Part shown: positions 60,245 to 64,000 of the stretch, piece by piece
Numbering within the stretch: the stretch's first letter is position 1
Layout of the letters: every line of letters starts with the position of its first letter
Assembly (NCBI GenBank): GCA_965644495.1
Contig: CBFFSA010000001.1
Coordinates: forward strand, 1,426,001 to 1,490,000
Direction: 5' to 3'
DNA length: 64,000 nucleotides
Source of the DNA: Perkinsela sp. CCAP 1560/9
Taxonomy: Eukaryota; Protista; Euglenozoa: Kinetoplastea
The notes under the pieces: model-generated
Databases searched by the model: none
Told to the model about the DNA's origin: nothing
What the model saw: the letters and a program-made list of their open reading frames with translations, nothing else
Program-made: the position numbers and the translations under genes

Positions 60245-62650
60245 TTTTTTTTTTTTTTTTTTTTTTTTACATCGTGAGAAATGTTCACCTTCCCCCCTTC
60301 TCTCAATTTTCAAAGAGAAACTATCCCGAAAATGAAATCTATATAATTTTATAAGCTGACTCAGCTTATAGTGATATTGTGTTTAGGACTTATATACTAT
60401 ATTCTTGAGTTTGCGTGCAGCCGTCTAAGTATTTCTTTAGCTGCGCATAAATCCCTAATCCATTAAGCTCCTGAATCGTCAGCTTCATTTCGAGTTCGAC
60501 CTGTTTCCTGTTTAGCATGGCCGCGTCTGCTAGCGAGTGTACCAAGTTCTGCGTATTGCGGTGCAAAGCGCCTCCTGCCAGTACGGGTAAACATTGAAAT
60601 GAGTCTTCACGAATTAAGTTCGTACGTACATATGTGTTGGACTTTCGCTGCAGCGCGTCATTCATGAGCTGTGTGCATTTCTTTCCACGATTAGACATTG
60701 AGAGTTCGTGAATAACTGTCAGATCATAGAAGACCGCACCCGTGTTCCAATAGATCACGAGATCGGGGCCAGACCGACAAAGTTTTTTTCCTGCACAAGT
60801 CTTCTGATGTACCAACTGGTTTTCCGGACTGATTGTAGATCGGCAAGCGATGCACTTCCACGTAGAAAAGTTTCTAGGTTCCGTTTCACATGGGATGCCT
60901 GCTTTCACGCATAGACGATGTAAAAATCCGACAAGTGAGTTATGTTTCACGGTCGTATTTATACCTGAACATTGAGCACAGCCTGGGATATGGGTGAGGG
61001 CGTTTCGGTTATTGAGGAGAATACCGCACCCTGGACACAATAGACTGGTAGGTAGATCTGGGTGTTGGGCATTTAGTCGTGGCATAATCGCGAGTTTGAA
61101 GAGATGGGAAGGGATGTACTTCGCGTTGGAAAAGATCCAGTCGCTGTTTCCTTTGAAGGATGTGGCTTGTAGAATGGGCTTAATGTCGGGATCCGTTTGC
61201 AACTCTTTCAATACTTCGACATGATGAATGCTGGTGGAAGCTTTTTCGTCCACTGGTATGACTTTCATTGTCGAGTTCTTAGGAATAGACGGGTGTGATG
61301 GCACCGCGTTGTCGATCCGAGCTGAAAAAGAGTTTCGGCGCTCAAGAACCGAGTAGTGGGATGCCACATATGCCGTCTCCCTAAGGGGACTGCTCGCTGT
61401 CAAACCCATTCCTCCCTTCTTAACGGGTAATCGTACAATTTTCATTTGATCGGGAGAGAGTGGACCAATCCAAGACTCTACCACATTTTCAACCTCATGA
61501 TCGAATTGTGATGATGCTTTCTCTGTTGTTTCGGGCGGGTGGACACGAATCAGGTATTGTTGACGAACATTGGCACATTTTGCTAAAAGAATCATCGATA
61601 TATTATTGATGCCCATTCGTTTTAGCCGCCGAAAAGCTGTGACCTGCTTCTCTAGTTGACGCAAAAGTCGTTCACTTATTGTGTTGTTTTCTCCAACATA
61701 CGCTCCGAGTACTTTGACCGCTTCGTCCTCCGACTTTACACCTTGGGTGCTCAGCGAATTCGGTATGGAATTTCCGGATTTTCCTCTGAACCAAACGCAT
61801 TTTGCCTCGGCTAGTTTCACCTGTTTTTCTTCTAGGAGACCTTTGAGCCTAAAGAATGCCTTCTCCAGTTCGGTTGAATCTCGAGACACTAACGTTATAT
61901 CGTCAATGTATGCATTTATTTCAATACCTGGAAATTCGGAGGCCAGTGTCTCGAGTATTGGTTGACAGAATACGCAAAAGTAAAGACTAGCCAGAGCGGA
62001 CCCTTGCCTTACACCTGCTGAGCTCATTATAATGTCCGTCAGGCTGCCATCGGAGCCATAAAATAAAAGTTCGGAAGCATTTGAATATTCGGCCGCAAAG
62101 AACCTTTGAAAGGGTTTCAGTGTAGCGAAAGCAAAAACGCACTTTGCAATTTCCTCTCGTGAGGGTGAGTTGAATGCATTTTGCATATCCACGGTCAGGA
62201 TTGAGTGTCCGTCAAGCCAGCGGTCCCGCAACTTGTGTACGATTCGTTCGCACCCCGCTTGAGAGAATACGCCTTGTTGCATTGGTGCAAAGAGGGGTTC
62301 CAGTGACTTTTCGTATCTTTGCAGCAGAATTATTCCAGCTAATTTGCTAAATATTTCTCCAATGGCTACTGGGCGTACTCCCCCGTTGGGCTTGTCGATG
62401 GCTACGAGTCTTGCCCGATTTAGACGCTGTAGAACTTGTCTAGATAGGAATCCGTTGATCAGATCGCTCATCATGTGACAAAGACTATTGCAACATGGCT
62501 CGTCGTCTATGAGAAGTCTAACGATGCTGTCGGTCGTACCTGTAGGCCCAGGGCTCACACCTTTTGCCAGTCGTCTACTTGCACATCTTAATTCTTGTAC
62601 GGCTATTCCTGCGATAATCGGTGCATCTTCCGAACTTTGAAATTGCAGTT
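60245..62650 (-). mobile_element. Family A element, 5'-truncated, open RT-RLE frame to 60390, 3' UTR and poly(A)
   Basis: VDMQNAFN, GVRQGS, YIDD, CPGC and SGPDLVIYW. Confidence 0.92.
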
Positions 62651-63516
62651 TTAAAAAGATGGGTGCCAACAACGCGTCCCTGCTTTTGCTAGGTTTGTGT
62701 ATTTGTAAGTTATGATTTTATCTTTGTAAACTTATGAGGCAATAGTTTTAAGAATCCTTCCGCTTTTTGATAACGTTTCGGATTTGTTTTTGTCTTACGG
62801 ATCAAAGTAGCAGCCACGAGCATGATGCAGACCGAAACGAGCTTTTTTTTTACAAAAAAAAATTGCGTTTTCATTCATCGAACAGGATGTCCTGTTCGAT
62901 GAATGATTCATCGAACGGGTCGTACTGCAATCCATTCATCGAACAGGATGTCCTGTTCGATGAATATTCATCGAACGGACAGTGCGTTCGATGAATATTC
63001 ATCGAGTGCCCCCCCTCCCCTAACGGGCAACGACGCAGAAGACTGAAGGCAGAAGAAACGGCTCGCCGAAAGGCAGAAGAAACGAAGAAGGCAGAGGACT
63101 GCGCTACTAGACCGCACGAGCAATTACACCACACCGTTTGCACCACACAAATCAATGCACCAACGCCACTAGACGCACCCGAAGAATTTCTGAACGATGA
63201 ACCTAAATATCATTTCGCTCTAAAGATTGTGCAACGACGCATCAACGTCGTGTACATAACCTTCCCATATGTTGTAGCCCAAAACTAATAATTCAACCTG
63301 CCTTAAGTTACAGTATTTATTGGGGGGTGTATAAACGAGGGGTGCATAAACAGGGGATGGGGGAATATGCTTGGGAAAGGACGTGCAATACCCCCATCCA
63401 CAAAAATTAGAACTTCAGTTATAGTATCCTAAATTTCATATCGTAAACTCATATTTCGCATTTCTGAAACACCAACAAAAAAGATTATCACGCAAACTTG
63501 TGTCCTATCGTCCTTT

Positions 63517-64000
63517 TCAAGCTTTCATAGAACCGAGCCATGAAGCTCGCGGTAGGAGGTCACGGAGCTGTGAGACAATTGTATAAGCGTTGAGTTTTTC
63601 AATCTCAAGCTGAAATGCCTCACGAACTTCAGGAACGTTAAGGTTCGCTCTCTTAGCGAGGGAGGCTATGAGATTCCGTGTGTGTTCGTGCAAAGAACCA
63701 CTTTCGGTCATTGCAATGCACTTAAAGTAATCTTCTTCGATCCCGCCGGATTCAAAGTACTTTTTCCTTTTCCTCTCAATCGCATTTTGCAACAGCTGTG
63801 TTTCAGTCATCTTCCGATAGCTTAAGCTTCCGGTGTGAACTACGGTGATGTCATACAGTACTTCGCCCATGTGTGGCCACATAATACCGAGGTCGGGGCC
63901 AGAGCGTATTCTTCGGGCACGGCAAGGGTGCTTCTCAATCGATTCTGGAGAAATGTGCGCTTTGCATTTTGTGCAGTAAAAGGAAGCATGCATGCGCGGT
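63517..64000 (-). mobile_element. Third tandem copy of the family A RLE end (cut by the window edge)
   Basis: Matches 43581-44064. Confidence 0.9.

Larger units (their letters stand above)
58467..62650 (-). mobile_element. Composite retro-insertion with TSD TTAAAA
   Basis: Poly(T) plus S1 tail; inverted copy of 46931-48648; poly(T) plus a family A element. TTAAAA at 58461-58466 and 62651-62656. Confidence 0.85.
42787..64000 (+). repeat. Tandem amplification of a ~7.83-7.87-kb composite unit (units start at 42787, 50620 and 62691)
   Basis: Near-identical copies with scattered SNPs and indels. Unit 2 carries an insertion at 58467-62650. Confidence 0.95.

Overview
Eukaryotic genomic DNA, almost certainly from a kinetoplastid: it carries a kinetoplastid-type 38-39-nt spliced leader (SL), (A)ATCTTTAACGATAAAGATACAGTTTCTGTACCTTGTTG, and a gag-YR-RT/RH element of VIPER/TATE organisation. 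I found no recognisable housekeeping gene. The window is a dense, nested mobile-element cluster. It contains Merlin DNA-transposon remnants and a Merlin-type MITE; about 10 subfamilies of a CRE-like RT-RLE retrotransposon (family A) and 3 of a second (family B); an APE-RT element; a tyrosine-recombinase retrotransposon with split direct repeats; four RNase H-only retrocopies; and SL-capped non-coding satellites. Most pieces are cDNAs joined head-to-tail (poly(A) of one RNA to the 5' or SL end of the next) or nested with target-site duplications (TSDs). A ~7.8-kb unit is tandemly amplified. Most notable: each autonomous family hides a conserved RNA hairpin inside its ORF, and non-autonomous satellites carry 2-4 multimerised copies of that hairpin. 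RNase H is present as separate SL-capped mRNAs. A Tudor-like domain is shared across unrelated retroelement classes. Together these suggest a multipartite, trans-spliced retroelement consortium; this interpretation is an inference. All alignments and folds were done by eye.
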